NCBI GenBank assembly: GCA_036172245.1
Contig: JAYWIR010000048.1
Location: 806,001-870,000, forward strand
Origin: Raillietiella orientalis
Taxonomy: Eukaryota
Direction of reading: 5' to 3'
Length of the DNA: 64,000 nt
The position numbers were made by a program, and so were the translations under genes. The notes below the pieces were generated by a model. The model did not search any database, was not told the origin of the DNA, and saw only the letters and a program-made list of their open reading frames with translations. This document shows, in pieces, positions 1 through 13,810 of this stretch. Position 1 is the first letter of the stretch. The number at the start of each line of letters is the position of its first letter.

Positions 1-779
1 CAGCATTCGAATCCTCAGCAGAAGGCGTGCCTTCTTCCGGAAGAGTGAACGGAACAAAGTATTCGATGGCGCCAACCGAAATGATGTCTCATCCTATACT
101 AAGTAATACGGCCATGTGCCTGGGGAACCACTCTATTCGATGAATCCCTGCTGAAGACCGAGCTCAAAGAGCAGCGTGCAAGCAGCTGACTGTGAAAGAG
201 CGCCAAGAGCCATGGCCCATCGACCTGCTTGGGGAGCAGAGAAAATTTCCATGGGATCGGAATGAATTGTCTTCATCTGCGTATACTTCCCGATGATTTG
301 GGAAACGGCAGTTGTCCGTGAAGGAAACAGCGAATTCGGCAATGTGTCATCCACGAATTACTTCGCTTTAATGGAAGATGCAGCCATGTCGAGGATGGGG
401 AGGAGGTGATGTTTTGTCTGTTTCTGAGCCAACGCACATACCTCCCAAGTTTACATAAAGCTCTCTGGAAATCGCTTAATGAACTACCAGCATGAGAATC
501 GAAACTGGGAAGCTGACTGGGAGGGAACCGAGTCCCGGCTTCGGCCTAATTTTGTTGGCAGCTCCTTTGTCAACCGATCACATTATAAGCGAACCTAAAC
601 GAGGCCAAATGGGTGTTTCTAGTTGATTATAGGGGGTCATTATGGAACGACATCCATTGCTGCATTGGTAAACAAGAACAGTGTTTGAGCATCGGTCGGA
701 TTAGGTTGTGGTCCCCACAAAAATGTGGAGGCAATCGAACAGGGTATATGAACCTCATCTGGAGAGGATCCTCATCCGC

Positions 780-1250
780 AAACGATATAATGAGCTTCTC
801 TTTGCACGTTGCATCTGCAAAGGGCACGGCGGAGAAAACGGAGCAAAAGCAAAGAATGGGAGCGCGAGGAGGGAAAACGGGAAGTTTACTTTTGCGTTGG
901 TAAGAAAGCAAGGGATGAACCAGTTGCTGGGGCGACCGCCTCCAGACTCGGGAAGGTGCCAGTCTTCGCCGGGAGGAAGCGCTCGCGTGATGGTGGTCTC
1001 ACTCGCAGTCGGACTTTGCCGTTCCTTTCCTACGTGCACGCCCACGGGAAATACCAACCGCGGTGACACGTCGTCGTGGAAACCAGGTCTCCGGAAGCCC
1101 CTGGGGATTCGAAGACGAGCGCAATCCGCCATCGGCGAATGGAGGAGCAGCACAACGGCTGAGAAGGAGCCGCGGTTCCGCAGGCGAAAGCGACATGGAA
1201 GCGGTTCCCGAAGCAGGAAAACCGAGGACTGCGAGGTGGGGACAGGGTAG
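780..1250 (-). mobile_element. Highly decayed L1/Tx1-like 3' fragment (zf-RVT relic plus pyrimidine-rich 3' UTR)
   Basis: Minus frame reads LREPLPCRFRLR...HSPMADCARLR, resembling LHWxLPCRARL...HLLxDCxxL of the better-preserved copies; 830-910 is pyrimidine-rich on the minus strand. Confidence 0.45.
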
Positions 1251-1629
1251 GGGGGCCCGGAAAGAGCATCCTTCCAGCATCGCTTCTCCACTTTGTAAAA
1301 AAAAAAGAACATCCTGTTTTGTTCTTCAAGATCCGGTTTGTTTCGGTGGCGGCGATCAAAGAGCTGGAAAATTGGATTGCAGAGCCAAAGTAAACAAAGC
1401 AATAACTGAAGTGCAAAGTTCCCTTGCTTTACTTCGACTGTTTTTATCAGCTTTCTTTCCCGCTCTCTCCCTCCCTTTTTTTGTTTTCCTTACTCCGCAT
1501 AAGAGATGGTTCCATTTGCATGAGAAAAAAGCACGAACCAAAAAAAAAGGCACAGATAGGAGCAGTGTAACGCCGAAGATTCTTGAGGGAGATAGGCGCT
1601 ACCGCATCCAGCAGCTGACAAAGGAGTCG

Positions 1630-1900
1630 GTCGCCATTGCCAGCAGCAGTCGTTCACCTGTCTTCCCGCCCCTTTTGCTTGCGAACGTCGGGCAGTTCTT
1701 TTTGTCGCCGCTCCGGAGCACCGCAGGTCGAGGACTTCGCCCGCTCTCACTTTCCTGGGAGGGCAGTCACAGCTGGCACACGTCACAGCCCTGCAGCGCG
1801 CCCTGCGGTCAAATCGCTCGCCGCGCCCACGCTTCTGGAGAGCAGACTCCGCGCTCCTTGGCTCTCCGTTGACTCGCCCGGTGCCAGCGGCTGTCCCCTT
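1630..1900 (-). mobile_element. Decayed internal fragment of the family-A L1/Tx1-like element
   Basis: Reverse complement contains tgactgccctcccaggaaagtga...gtcctcgacctgc, similar to 12300-12325 and 38805-38820. Confidence 0.35.
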
Positions 1901-2679
1901 TAGAAAGAGGGAAGGCCACGACGGCGTTGATGACGAGCCGAGCATCCCTAAGGGCGCCTGGTCGGCATCTCGCTGCTCCCCTCCTCCGCCCACGCGCGGG
2001 CAGCGCTGGCGCCTGCGAACGCGACTGCTGTAGTCGAGTTTGGCGTCCTCGGTGGGCTCAGACGCTCGCGGGCCGAGCGAAACGCGTCGTTCCTCGGTGA
2101 TATATGCGAACTTGGGGTTCCCCTAAGAGATACGAATGAACGGGTAGCCGCGGTGTGCCGCTCTCGTGCTCGTTGCAGATGACAACACTCAGTCATCCTT
2201 GAAGACTTGGGACGCGCTTTCCTCAATTAACCCGCGTCCTTATTGGGTTCGATGCCGGGTTTCTTGCTCCCTCATTCTTTTTTTGACCCATGGAAGTCTT
2301 TGCATAGTGTTCCCCAGCCCATCCTTCGTGGGAGGGCACTTGAAACACCCGAAATCTCCTGGGCGCGTTTCGCCTGCTAAAAGCAAAAAGACTCCCTCAC
2401 GCTGGCGGTTAGCCGTTCGGTGTCCACGTAGCTTGCGGAACGATGAGCTTTTTATCCTCTCTCGCTGCGTTTCCGGGATAAAAGTACGAGACACACTCTC
2501 GGGCGACACCAAACCACTCAGTCCGGGTCACGAATACGGGAAGAGTCCGCTCGGAGCAGCCTTGGACCTGAGAGGGAAAAAAAAAACAAGCACTCGTCGT
2601 CGTCGTCGTCATCGTTGCTGGGAGCTGAGTTCGGTTTGGGAACTCGTCCTCTCCTCCTCGCTCTTCAGAGACGTCAGCA

Positions 2680-4080
2680 TCTCGGCGTGAGAAACCGAGT
2701 CACTACCAAGAGCCGTCCGAAAAAGAACTTGCTGCCGGCATCGAGTTTCCTTGGTTCAGTGAGTGACAAAACCCCCAGAGCGCCCGGCCGGAGCTCTCTC
2801 ATCCACCATCCCGCATGGACGAATTCATCGATTTTTGCTTGTTTGCTTCCCATTTTCGCATGGAAGAAAGGAATTTCTGGATCAACAGAAGTCATCGTTC
2901 TTCCTCTGTAGCGCGTCAAAAGGAAGGTTTCCCGTACGGAACGATTCAACATGGAATCGCTGCCGTCTCCAAGGAAACTCGGAGCAAGATGATCAGCCGA
3001 TCAAAGAAGCAGGGGTGTCCACATCCTCCTTCCGAAGCCTCGCCTCCGTTTTCCATCCACCTCCGTCTCCTTTCCGCGGAAGAACGCACCCTGCTTCCGT
3101 CCTTGCTGCTTCCGGAAATTCAGTTTCCTCTCGGTGTTTCCTCGGCACCCGTCACTTCCGCGTCTCTCAGATTGCAACAGCGTTCGTCTCGGGAGTCCGC
3201 GCTGAAAGTCCACATGAGGCAGGGCGCGGGGAAGTGTGCATCCCAATTACGCGCGTTTTTCTCCAGAAGCGCAGATTCCCATTCGAATCTTCCTAAACAC
3301 CCTTTGCCCATAAATTAAGCGCCGCCTTTCGTTCCTACGTAACCAGTTGCAAAACGCAGGAACTTGATATGCATGTGTATACCAGTGATCGGCAGGCAAA
3401 AAAGGCACACACATATACACTTGTCCGCAAACAAGCGGATGCTGCACGAAGCGTCTCGTTAATTAAAGGAAGCCTGTGATCAGACACACGAAACAGAGGC
3501 AGGAAACATGAAAATGAGATTTTCGCTCCAGCATCCACCTGCATCTTTTGGCTGTCCGAGGTTGTACATGGTTAGACGTGCCATTTATCTTTTGTTTCCT
3601 GTTGACAAAAGAGGGTTCTGCTGCCCCTTTGGCGAGGTGGATTTTTTCCAGAGAACTACCATCGTCCGGTGCAGCTGGAAGACCAGCTCAAGCAGGGGAG
3701 TTTCCTTCCTCGAACATGAGCCAGCCTTCGTATGGGGCTACACAAGAGCTGCTGGGCGATGCGCGGAAGCTCACAGAACGTGCGACGGTTCACGGGGTGT
3801 GCTACACGGAACGCCGAGGTGTCGACGAAGCGTCTGCACGGTGACCACAGGACGGAACGGGACACAAGAGGCCGATCCCTGCATCTCCAAACCCCTGAGA
3901 ACCCTGCATGCATTATCTGCTTCGTTGCTCTTGGAAGGTTCCCTAGCTTTGAGGAACAGAATGGAGAGCGGATCTCGGAGAGGGTGAGTTGGGGATTCGC
4001 AGCGGTCGCTGACGACAACCGGGCGGCTCCGGGAATCCAAATGCAAGTATCAGTAAGACCACACGCAAGAGGAGCATCCA
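2680..4080 (+). mobile_element. Decayed L1/Tx1-like ORF2 C-terminal relic, probably interrupted at about 3300-3550
   Basis: IFAWKKGISGSTEVIVLP at about 2850-2910 resembles the post-RT FxW...LP motif; VLHGTPRCRR / RLH...LHL at about 3795-3890 resembles zf-RVT. Confidence 0.4.
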
Positions 4081-4599
4081 ATCTTCGTGCCACTCTGCCA
4101 CCGTCAGTTGATGTTTTCCTTATCGAGCTACTGGTCCGAATCCAGACAACCTCCTTTTAGGAGGGAGTCGAAGGAACAGATGAGTTTCTGCAATCTCCGG
4201 CTGAAGACATGCGACCAGCATTTTCATCGATTCACAGCAAAAAGGAAAAAAGTTGGATGGATTCAACGATCCAGGGCGCTCATGAAAAATTTAAGCTAAC
4301 AAATTCTAATGCACGTCATCACGTAGTATCAGACGTTGCATCTGTTAAGTATCTTCCCAATGTGTGCAATGTTGCAATGTGACTGCAAGCAGGAAGGATG
4401 CTGCGATTACTGTGTGTTGTCACTACCGAGGAATACTACCTGATAATTAAGGCTCCATCCTGCTGTCCATCTTCTTTGGAAACCAAGCCGAGCTCTGTGC
4501 AGTGCATTTGAAAGTTCGAAATTGAAGTCAGCAAATGCAAGGGCGCGCGCACGTTGGAAATCCAGGCACCTCTCTTTTTCTTCCTGATTAGAAGCTCGC

Positions 4600-5400
4600 G
4601 TGTTCCCGCTGCCCGCAGAGAAATGCAAACACACTTTTCTTCTTCTTCTTCTTCTTCTTCTGCGGAAGCGCAAAGATTTGTTTCTGAAAGTTCGACCCGA
4701 GAGGCTACAAGTGGATCCTCCTCGATCGGACTCGACGAAGAACGAGATGGAACAGGAAGGCCGGTTTCTGGTCCCTGGCACAGCCAGCGTTGGCTGGTCG
4801 GCACGCCGAAGGTAGGGAGGGGGGGGGACCTTCCTGCACCCGCAGGGAAGGTGCCGCAGGCGTGTCGCGAACAGACAGTTTCGCTCGGACTGATCGCGGC
4901 TCCCGATGCCTGCTCTGGAATCCGCACATCCGCGTGTGCATCGTGGCGGATGGAGACCGAATCCGATCCTCAAAGAAACTCTGCGGTGCAGGAAAGAAAA
5001 GGCGCGGATCTTTGCTCGGAGAGGTGAAACATGGCGTCTTGGCGTTTACGTTTCCTCTTGCGACTCGCTTCGGGGGAATTCGGCGGGGAGCGAAAGGAAT
5101 TTCATTCCCCGCAGAGCTCGGGAACGCCTTCGAGGACGGCGGCACCCGCAAGAGGGGCCTCGGGAAAAGCGCACCGGCGGATGCGAGGAAGATCCGTTTC
5201 GCACTGCGCTGCTGCTGCCCTGGATACGTGAACACTCCTTCGTCCGAAACGAATCCACGCAGTGCGCGAGCTCTTCCTGTTTGGAGATGATCTCCTGGAA
5301 GAGGTTGTTCGCCGTGTACACGCTGCAGCCCTCTAATCAAATTACGCGACTGATGGTTCAGCAGTCGAAGGAGAAACGTGTGGTCCTTAAAAAGTCTTTT
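4600..5400 (-). mobile_element. Decayed L1/Tx1-like 3' relic
   Basis: Reverse complement of 5255-5320 (atctccaaacaggaagagctcgcgcactgc) resembles 18008-18041; RLRHLPCGCRK zf-like remnant at about 4780-4900. Confidence 0.4.
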
Positions 5401-6039
5401 TGCGCTGATGAATAATTTACACATCGGCATCCAGGAAAATTAAAGCCTTTTTGCGCCGGATGCGAAAAGCCAAGTGCCGAAATGGAAATTTCGGGAATTT
5501 CACAGCAGGAGCTTCCATAAAACCGAAGCTACGGGCGAAATTTTATCGGGGGAATCGCGCACACACTCAGCAGGAAGAGGAACGCAATTCGAACGGACGG
5601 TGTCGCTCGTTTGATGATGAAAAAAAAAACAAAAAAACCCCGAAAGAACTGCGCACTTGCGATGGCGAACGCGGCGTCCGCGCAATGCTCGACGAAAGCA
5701 TTTGCGGCTGAATTTATGGGGGAGGAGGAAATTCCCGCCCGTTCTTCCCACCAGCCATGCCCTGGGAGTCGGTTCCCTTCGGCATGTCGTCGGTGGGGTA
5801 GGGGGGAACGTACCCCCAAATGGCACAGGGATCACGAGCGTTAGTGCCCAGCGTCCAACTACGCCGAAAAGTTTCCTGCAGCTTCCGTTTTTCTCCCCTC
5901 CCTCCCTCAGTTTCCCATAGGCTGCCATGTGTCTCCTGGAACCGTCTACCCATGGTTGCGAGCGGAAGCCATTTCGCATCGACACCGGACGTGTGACGGA
6001 CGCACAGGGCACGGATGCACTCGAATCGAAAAACCGTGT

Positions 6040-6376
6040 CACCCCATGTCACGGGAACTTTCCGTTGACGGTCCCCTTTTACTCACCCTCGACATCTCAG
6101 CTAGGCAACCGGTCTTCGCGCGCACATTTGGGGAGGGGGAGGCGAGGAACCCTGCTGCAGGCCCGTCTTCCTCGCAGCTTGCAACCCCCCCCCCCCGCCG
6201 GCGTCCATCCGGTGCCCCGAAGGTGCGGATCCCACAGGCTCGCATGCAGCTCACGTCGCCCGCGCGCGAAACGGGGGCAAAAGGGGGGATCACGGCGGCG
6301 GGATTTTCCCAGTCGCCAGACAAGGGGGAGGCGCACCTCCCCCGCCATGAAAAAAAAAAAAAAAAAAAAAAAAAAA
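6040..6376 (+). mobile_element. Possible decayed retroelement 3' end followed by an A27 tract
   Basis: GRGRRGTLLQARLPRSL is zf-RVT-like (CGxxETLLH); poly(A) at 6350-6376. Confidence 0.3.
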
Positions 6377-9300
6377 CCGCGGAAGCTCCGAGTCGATCTC
6401 GCGCGTTCCTTAGAGTGCAGCAAATAGAGGCACTTGTTGCAAAGCGTCGCACTACGCGGGGATGCAGGGAAATCCAGGAGGGGTGAACCCAAGGGGGAGT
6501 TTTCCTTACCGGATTTCGTCTGGTTGTGCTCGAACGGCAAGCTGAAGTTTATGAAGATGATGATGGTGAAATGCAGCCTGGACTTCATGGTTTCAACGGC
6601 GAGGCGACCGTCACTTCCTCATCGGCGAACCGGGAACGTGCCTCATCTTGACACTTGATGGGTTGGTTTCACCAGGCAATTCGAGGGGACGACGCACTGA
6701 ACACGAATTTCTTCTCAAGGAAGAGCCTTTGCAGGGCAAACGTTCACATGAATTAACAAAAATGCTCTCCCGGCATGCGCGCAGTGCATTTTGAACACGA
6801 AACTTCCTTCGAACCTCTCGACTTCTCTTCCCGATCCGTGTTTGAAAAGATGCATTCGAGAAGACGCGAAACTCCCATGCAATTGCGAGGAACTCCGGGA
6901 GGGCTGCGAGCGCAGAATTTCGCAAACACGTCTCACAGGAATTGCGGGAACGTTTGTTCGTAAGTTTTCCATTTACAGGAACGAAAGCTGTCATTAACTG
7001 CGTCGGACGGTGCGCAGACATGCATGCGACACAAAGTGCTTTAGGGATATCTAATGAAGCAACCTGTATCCATCACACTTTCGAGCTCCTGATCCGGGAT
7101 TCGACACAAGAACTGCACCTACCTCCCCGGAAAAAAAAAAAAAAAAAATCACGGTCTGGAATGACGCCGACGAGTGGACCAAATTCCAGATTCTCCTTTC
7201 GCGTTCCACTCCTCCCGTGCTTGTTTTTGTTTTTTGATTTTTCCATTTTTTTTTTTTTTTTGGGGGGGGGGAGGCGAACGAAGAGGTCCTTGCTGGCCCC
7301 ATTCCTGGATCCTATTCTTTTACCGGTAAAGTGATTCCAGAATTTGAACTAGTCGGCAACAGACGCACTGCCTGCGTCTGTTGCCCACTGACCAACCATG
7401 GTGCCCATGGTTCCCACAGGGCAGTGGCCAAACGAATGTCTAAATTTACTTCGGTCACCCAGGAAAATAGAACACCTCCTCAAAACGCTTCCTCCTTAAA
7501 TCTTCACTGCTTTGCCGGCTTGGATTTTCCGTCCATATTTGGATACGTGGTCTCGCGTGACATCCGAGGTGATGTAAGATAAGGAGTACCCTTTTCCCTC
7601 GGGTTCGGTTCTCGAATCGCGGAGACCACCGTGCTCGTCGACCCGAGAACTTTCTCCTACGATGCGGCAGCTTCCTCTGCCGATCGCGCTGGTCAACCAT
7701 TGCGCACATTCAGCAAAGTCTTTTCAGGATCACCGAAGAGCTGGAAACAACGCATGATCTTCGGTCAAGATGGAGCGGAGTGTAATCTCTAAATCTCCCG
7801 GAGCACATCCTCAGTTTCAAGGATATTGAAGCGGAAAAGGAGATGGTTAGAACTGAATTACGCGATTCGCGCTGATGGACCGACCCTGTTAAGGTTTTCT
7901 TTCCAAGTTGATTCGAGAGCTGAATTTTCCCAAAGGGAAAATTCGAAAGAAGGAATGATTCCTTCGTTCCCGCCAGGAGGAAAAATCCTGAAACGGTTCA
8001 CAGTGAGCAAGAGACCGGTGTCCCAACTTTACAGAGCCTCATCCCTTTCGCAACACAAGGTGGTTGTGTTCAAAACAAACTCCACGTGTACACGATCGTT
8101 CTCAGTTCTCAAGCACACTCCCTTTTTTTTTTTGGTTTCTTGAAAAGGAGGGGCACGCATGAGGTAAAGTGGGATTTTCGATTTCAAGAAGAGTCGATCC
8201 CCGGAGCCAAGGGCTTTGCTACTCAATGCTGAACTCTTAGGCGGAAAAAAGAAAGGAACGGCTTTATCTCGAAACTGTTGAAGTTCTTAACGGGAGAACC
8301 AAATAGAGGCGGATGGTATTTTCTTCGATTCCTCCAGTTCGTCAGCTCCGGCTAACCGAAGGATATGTGGACGATCCCCTGCCATCTGCACTTCATCACC
8401 GGTCTCGCCGAGAATCCACCAGTAGGAAAGTAAGAGGAAACGAAGAGCAGCCTGGATGCTGCTTTTCAGTAATGCGTACATCTCCTCAGTTTACCCTCGG
8501 GATGAAGGATAATAATTTTTAGCAACTTTCTCATGGAGCGTTTTCCCCATTTCCGTGCACGTGACGGGAAGACAGCTTCGCGTTCTCGAGCTTTCGCGAC
8601 GATAGACCTAGGAAAATTTCCCTCTCGCCATGAAGAACAGCTGATTATACCGTAAACATAATCCAACTTCTCGCTCTAATCCAGCCAACTCATTCTAATT
8701 AGGGAGAGATGATGTGCATGCAATCCCCTGGAACCATGGTAACAACTGCTTCGAGCATCTGAACGGTCAGATCCATTTTCTCTCGGCATGATCGAGCGTT
8801 GTGCTCAACGAAAGAGAAAAGCGGAAGATTCCAGAAGATCCCAGCCGCTTTTCGAATCTTGCTCTTTAGAACGTCTCATCCTGAAAGCAAAAGACCATTC
8901 CATCAGTGACCTACGAGTGTTTTCAGCTCTTAAAAAATCACCTGACCGAACACACTCTTGAAGAATCAGATTTCCACGATCAGAGAAGTCCTATTATTCT
9001 TTGCAACAGGACCAAAGGATGGTGGAAGAATTTGATCAGACAAATTTCAGGTCGAGGTCATATGACGTTTTTCTGTTCGTTTTTTTTGGAGGGCACCAAA
9101 AGTGCTGCTGAATTCCTCTTCGGCAAAATGAGGATTGGACACTTCAGTCAGGCTGCGAGGCTGCTCTTGCGTGTTCAGTAAAACACAGGACGAGTGTCTG
9201 TATGGGAACATCAGTATTCGTTTACACATACATTCATTCCTGTACGAGACAAACTCAATAGCGTATACTTATCTGCGTGCAACAAAAGCATGATTACAGA

Positions 9301-11308
9301 AGATATGATGTAAGCCTTCAGTGTGCAAATACACATATGTAAGCGTGTTGGAAGATATGAATGCGTTCGTCTGTAGGCATCGGTGATTTGTCTTAGGATC
9401 TTTTGTCGTGGGGATTTTCTGGAGAGTGAACTGGAATAAGCAGCAAACCAAAACGCAACCTTAATGGGGTGGCATCAAAACTCATGAGATTCAGTGTGCT
9501 TTCTGAATTTGCTCAGCCATTCTGACTGCAGTCATCGGGGCCATCACGACGTTTGTGAATCGTGGTTCTACTCCTTCCAGATGATTCAGTTTTCCACATC
9601 TACTTGCGTTTTTGCACTCCTGGACATACTCCATACACACTGCATATCGCTTAACTACTTATAGAAGGGTTGACAGGCTTTAAATAGATGTAGCTCGGTA
9701 AACGGTACCATCATCATTCCACTTTTGTTCAGCAGTGGATTTAAGATTTTCGCAGGCCATGCAAATAAAACCCACAAGCAGACTCGTCACTAGTTTGTTC
9801 CCTGACCACCGGGCGTTCTGGGTTTCCCATGTTGAGCAACAGAAATAGCATTAAAACTTTCAACTCACTGGGAGCTGCAGTCGAAGCAGCATGCAGGATG
9901 GATGTCTCCGGAGCCTGCCTCTTCGCCTAGTGAAAACATCGCCAAGGAAACAGCTCTGAAAGCTCTCCCAGTCACAAAAGGGTACGACAATTATTTTCAT
10001 TGACATATTTTCTAACATATCCGATGCGAAAGAGTCAAGGGATTCGTGTCATCCGTCAGCCATCCACCTGAGCTGCTCCGGTGGTTTGTATCTGTCGGAT
10101 GATCCAAAAGGAGCGGAGGAGGTATGAGGACGAGATGGAACACTTGGGTGGAACGCTCCGTCGTCAGCAGGGCTTGTAAAAAGCTCGCTAACAAGGCAAA
10201 TACGCAATGTGCTTTTATTCACAAGAACGTGTTTTATTCCCGTGTATTCGCGGAACGGGTGCAGGCACCACCACCTTGTCGATAGTGGACTGACTCGAAG
10301 AGATGCTCGGCACTTAATGGAGGCATAAACATTGCAACGGTGAAACGCGGACTTCTCTCCGTTGCCCACGGTAACGTGGAAAAGAACAAACATTCGCCAC
10401 CTAAGCGTGTTCGAAATGCTTCAGGAAGATGGAACAGTTGTTGAAATCAGAGATTTAATCCATGCTCCATGTGAGGAAGCAGCACGGGGGATCCGCCCAG
10501 ATCATCATCCCCACGTCTTAACCGTTTCGAATTGAAAGCCATGAACGAGGTGTGTGCTTCCTCCGAGCCCCGGCAGACCCATAAAATTCCGCAGATTCGA
10601 ACAAGCAATGCATCTGAATCCGAGAGCAGGCTCCGGACCCGGAGCTCATGCTGCAAACGCGAAGTTTTACGTTTTGGAAATGAACTTTAAAGTGAAATTT
10701 TAAGGATCGACGGGGGATCCGCGAAGATAAAATACTTAGGAAGAGGGTAGGATTGCTCTCGGAACACGCGGCATCTATGGAGTGCTGAATGCCGACGAAA
10801 CGCTACATCGGTACGACTACCTCGGCAAGAAACACTTATGGGTACTCAGGAAAGTACTGAGAAATTGCATGAATGTGTAATTAATTAACCCGGAGAATGA
10901 AATTCCCTTAAATTGTGCGAGGAAAGCCTCACGGTTGCATCTCCGCGCCACATTTGGACGAGTCCAAGCCGAAACCCTTGCAAGTGACTGCTGCGATTAA
11001 TGACTCGAAATTCATGCGCGGCACTTGGAGGAATCTGATGAGCCCAATCACCAATTAATACGGAATCTGCACGGACGCCACCAAGAGGGAGCGTTGGCTT
11101 CCTGATCGGGCGAGCAAGACGCCTCTTTTGCGCTTCGGTCCTGGGGAATCCTCGACGGTGGGGGGAAGGTGGAGGACTTCAAACCCAGCAGGCAAGTCAT
11201 CCCTAATCAGATCTGCTCTCTCCCGTTCTGATGGTGAAATCGAGCGATTCGTTAAGGGTGATCTCCACAATGCGCACCTCGTTACATGCACAAGGGGTTT
11301 GTGTTTAC

Positions 11309-11395
11309 ATGTTTATATATATAAACATAATAAAGAACGTATGTATAAACACACATGTGTGTAAACTATATACGTTCAAACATATGTTCTTTATT
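11309..11395. repeat. AT-rich cluster of nested palindromes
   Basis: Perfect 20-bp palindrome atgtttatatatataaacat (11309-11328); 14-bp palindrome acacacatgtgtgt (11349-11362) flanked by a 15/16 inverted repeat (11329-11344 / 11380-11395). Confidence 0.8.
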
Positions 11396-11689
11396 GCATA
11401 AATAAATGTCCAGGCTCATCCGGCTATGAACACACACTGCTTGTATTCGTCACCCAGGAAACAATTCATTCGTATGCATGCCATGCAGTGGTCGAGTAAT
11501 CTCGCGACTCGTGAGCTTTTCTTGAAGTTTCCGAATCTGTCATTGCGCTCTAATGGATAGCCGCGTCAGTAAACTGATGATCATCGATGACTGGAGCAAA
11601 TGAAAGAATTTTTCAAGCAGCAGAGCTCGTTAATTTGTCAAAACGCGGGGATACAACGTAAAAGGGGGTCCTCGTCGCTTCTAAATTCA

Positions 11690-13165
11690 GGAAGAATCCT
11701 AACCGGGAACGAGGGACAAAAAAGTTCAGCGGAATTTCATCATGAGTTTCGCCGTCCCGCCCACACTTCCGGTTCTGCCGGGAATCCCGAGCGGCGTCTC
11801 ATTGGGGACCGAACGTCCCTCCTCCACGTCCCACCGCTCCCACGCACTCAACATAAAGGTCAGTAGTCGTGCGTCGTTTCGGGAAAACCGGGGAAGGGAC
11901 GCGTGGGGCATGGAGCCCTCGGAGCATTTTCTTTTCGTTCCCCTCGTGCTGAGCGTATGGGAGGACACGCGTCGGGCCGCCAGTCGGTCACTCTGCCACT
12001 GCAGCCCTTGCAAAACCGGGTGGGCGCTTCCTCTTCAGTGACTTCCGAACGGAGACGCTTTCACTCCTGCCGCGCAACCTACGCCTTAGGATCGCATTTG
12101 GCTACCCCCTGAGGCATCTGTCCTCCTCGCTGTTAGCCCACCCTTGGATCTCCTGCTGCCCCGTAAACTGGAATGCCTGTCAGCAGGAAGCCTCTATAGC
12201 ACTGGACTGCCACTTTGGAAGTGCGTCCAGAGGAACTGCAAACCCTGCACGATCTCCTACGCAAACCGCTGGGAGATCTGTTCCGGATAGCCGTCAGCAC
12301 TGACTGCCCTCAGGGCAAGAAGTGACGGCAGCCAGCCGGCGGGGTGGGAGTTCTCCTGCAACAGTCGAAAAACTCCTGGACGGCTGCAAGACGAGCGAGT
12401 TGGCTGGTGGACGGCGCCACTCCTCGTTTCCGGGCAAAGGGAGTCCTTCGGTGGAGTGACCTGCTTGGTGTGTCCCCACGTAGAACTCGTGGTCCCTCCC
12501 CCGTGCGTGGACACTCCCGTGTTCCCGCTCCAGTGGAAAAAGGATGTTACGCTGTTTCTGCACTGGGGCTTCCCGTGCAGCCAGCGCAGCCACCTGGTTT
12601 CCGGAGGAACTACTTCCTGCACCGTTCAAGGTACGAGGCGATGGGATCCCTCCCTCACCTCCCTTGGACTGCAATGCCCTGGAGCGCATGTGGCGAAGAC
12701 TCGCTTCGGCGCTCGGTCGACCGCAGGACACTGCTTTGGACTTGCTGCTACGCTTCTTCATCGGTGGCGGGCTGAAGAAGAGCGCCGTGGTCGCAACAAC
12801 CATGACGGCCCACCACGTGCTGGAGTCAGGTTTGATAGCAAAGATAGGCCACCAGCGTGGCAGCAGCCCTCATGAGGACAGCAGCAAGGTGGCCGCAAAT
12901 CTGTCAGAAGAAGACGCCAAGAGGATCGCCACCATCGAGAGCTGCTTCTAGGAGGAAAGAAACGTCTTTAACCGAAGTCCTCTGTCCCCTTGCTCCTGTC
13001 CCGTCCCTCCGTTTCCTTCTTTTTAAAGGTAGGCCTGCGTGCCGGTGGTTATCCAGGATGAACTTCCTTTTTTTCTGGCATTTCCCGTTCTTCAGGTTTT
13101 TTTTGTTATTCTTCGTGGTTTCTCTTTTTTAAAATAAACGTCCCGGCGTCAACGGATAAGAAAAT
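11690..13165 (+). mobile_element. 5'-truncated L1/Tx1-like non-LTR retrotransposon, family A1 (frameshifted zf-RVT and 3' UTR)
   Basis: WKKDVTLFLHWGFPCSQRSHLVSGG..., then after a frameshift DCNALERMWRRL...ESCF* (stop at 12951); T-rich UTR; AATAAA at 13133; paralogue at 42497-43392. Confidence 0.8.
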
Positions 13166-13439
13166 TCCGAAGGGAGACACAAATGGGGATTCTGATTCCC
13201 GTCTTCAAAGTTGGGAAGCGCCGCTCCACGTTGCCATGTATCTCCGCCTTCCTTCATCCGCAGTCACACTGTGTTCTCAGGGCTGCTGTTCCTATCTGCA
13301 GAAAACAGAGAGATCACCAGCAATGTGTTTTTGATGATGACAAGATTTTCGAAGCACACAAACATCCAATCCTAATGATGCCAACTTCTGCGCCATGCTG
13401 ACGCTTGCGTTTCCGATGACTGGTCCTTGATGCTTACCA

Positions 13440-13810
13440 GATGCTTTTATCCCGTTTGATATCTGATGCTGACCAACGAAATCATGGGCTCCTGGGTCGT
13501 GGAGCACCGCCCTTGCAGTGCGGGATACGCGGCCGTGCTGCGTTCACCGGGACGCGGACCCGTGAAACCAAGGGATGGCGAGTCTCTTCGCCGCGGGCGA
13601 GAGATACCAACGAGCCACCCAGGAGGCGAACCTCTCAGGAAGAGATAGGACGTTTCTTTCTCCCAGGATGGCCTTCACAACTGCAAAGGCGGCTGTAGCA
13701 TGCGTTGCAGCCGCGGCACCGGGCGTCGCGGGTTCGAATACCTACGAAGCGTCGACGGCGAATTGGGTCCGCCTTGGACCTTGGGTCTCCGCACGATGGC
13801 GCCGAGATGG
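13440..13810 (+). mobile_element. Decayed internal (post-RT) L1/Tx1-like fragment
   Basis: gtcgcgggttcgaatacctacg (RVRIPT) matches the segment at 17240, 28230, 26660(-) and 51400(-). Confidence 0.4.

Noticed and set aside
11030..11075. CTGATGA hammerhead ribozyme cores (also near 5405, 33232 and 54114)
   Set aside because: I found no suitably paired stem II followed by GAAA.
13720..13750. B-box-like GGTTCGAAT motifs (also at about 17245, 51410 and 56775) suggesting tRNAs or tRNA-derived SINEs
   Set aside because: No cloverleaf or A box found; the motif is the recurring LRVRIPT coding segment of the retroelement ORF2 relic.
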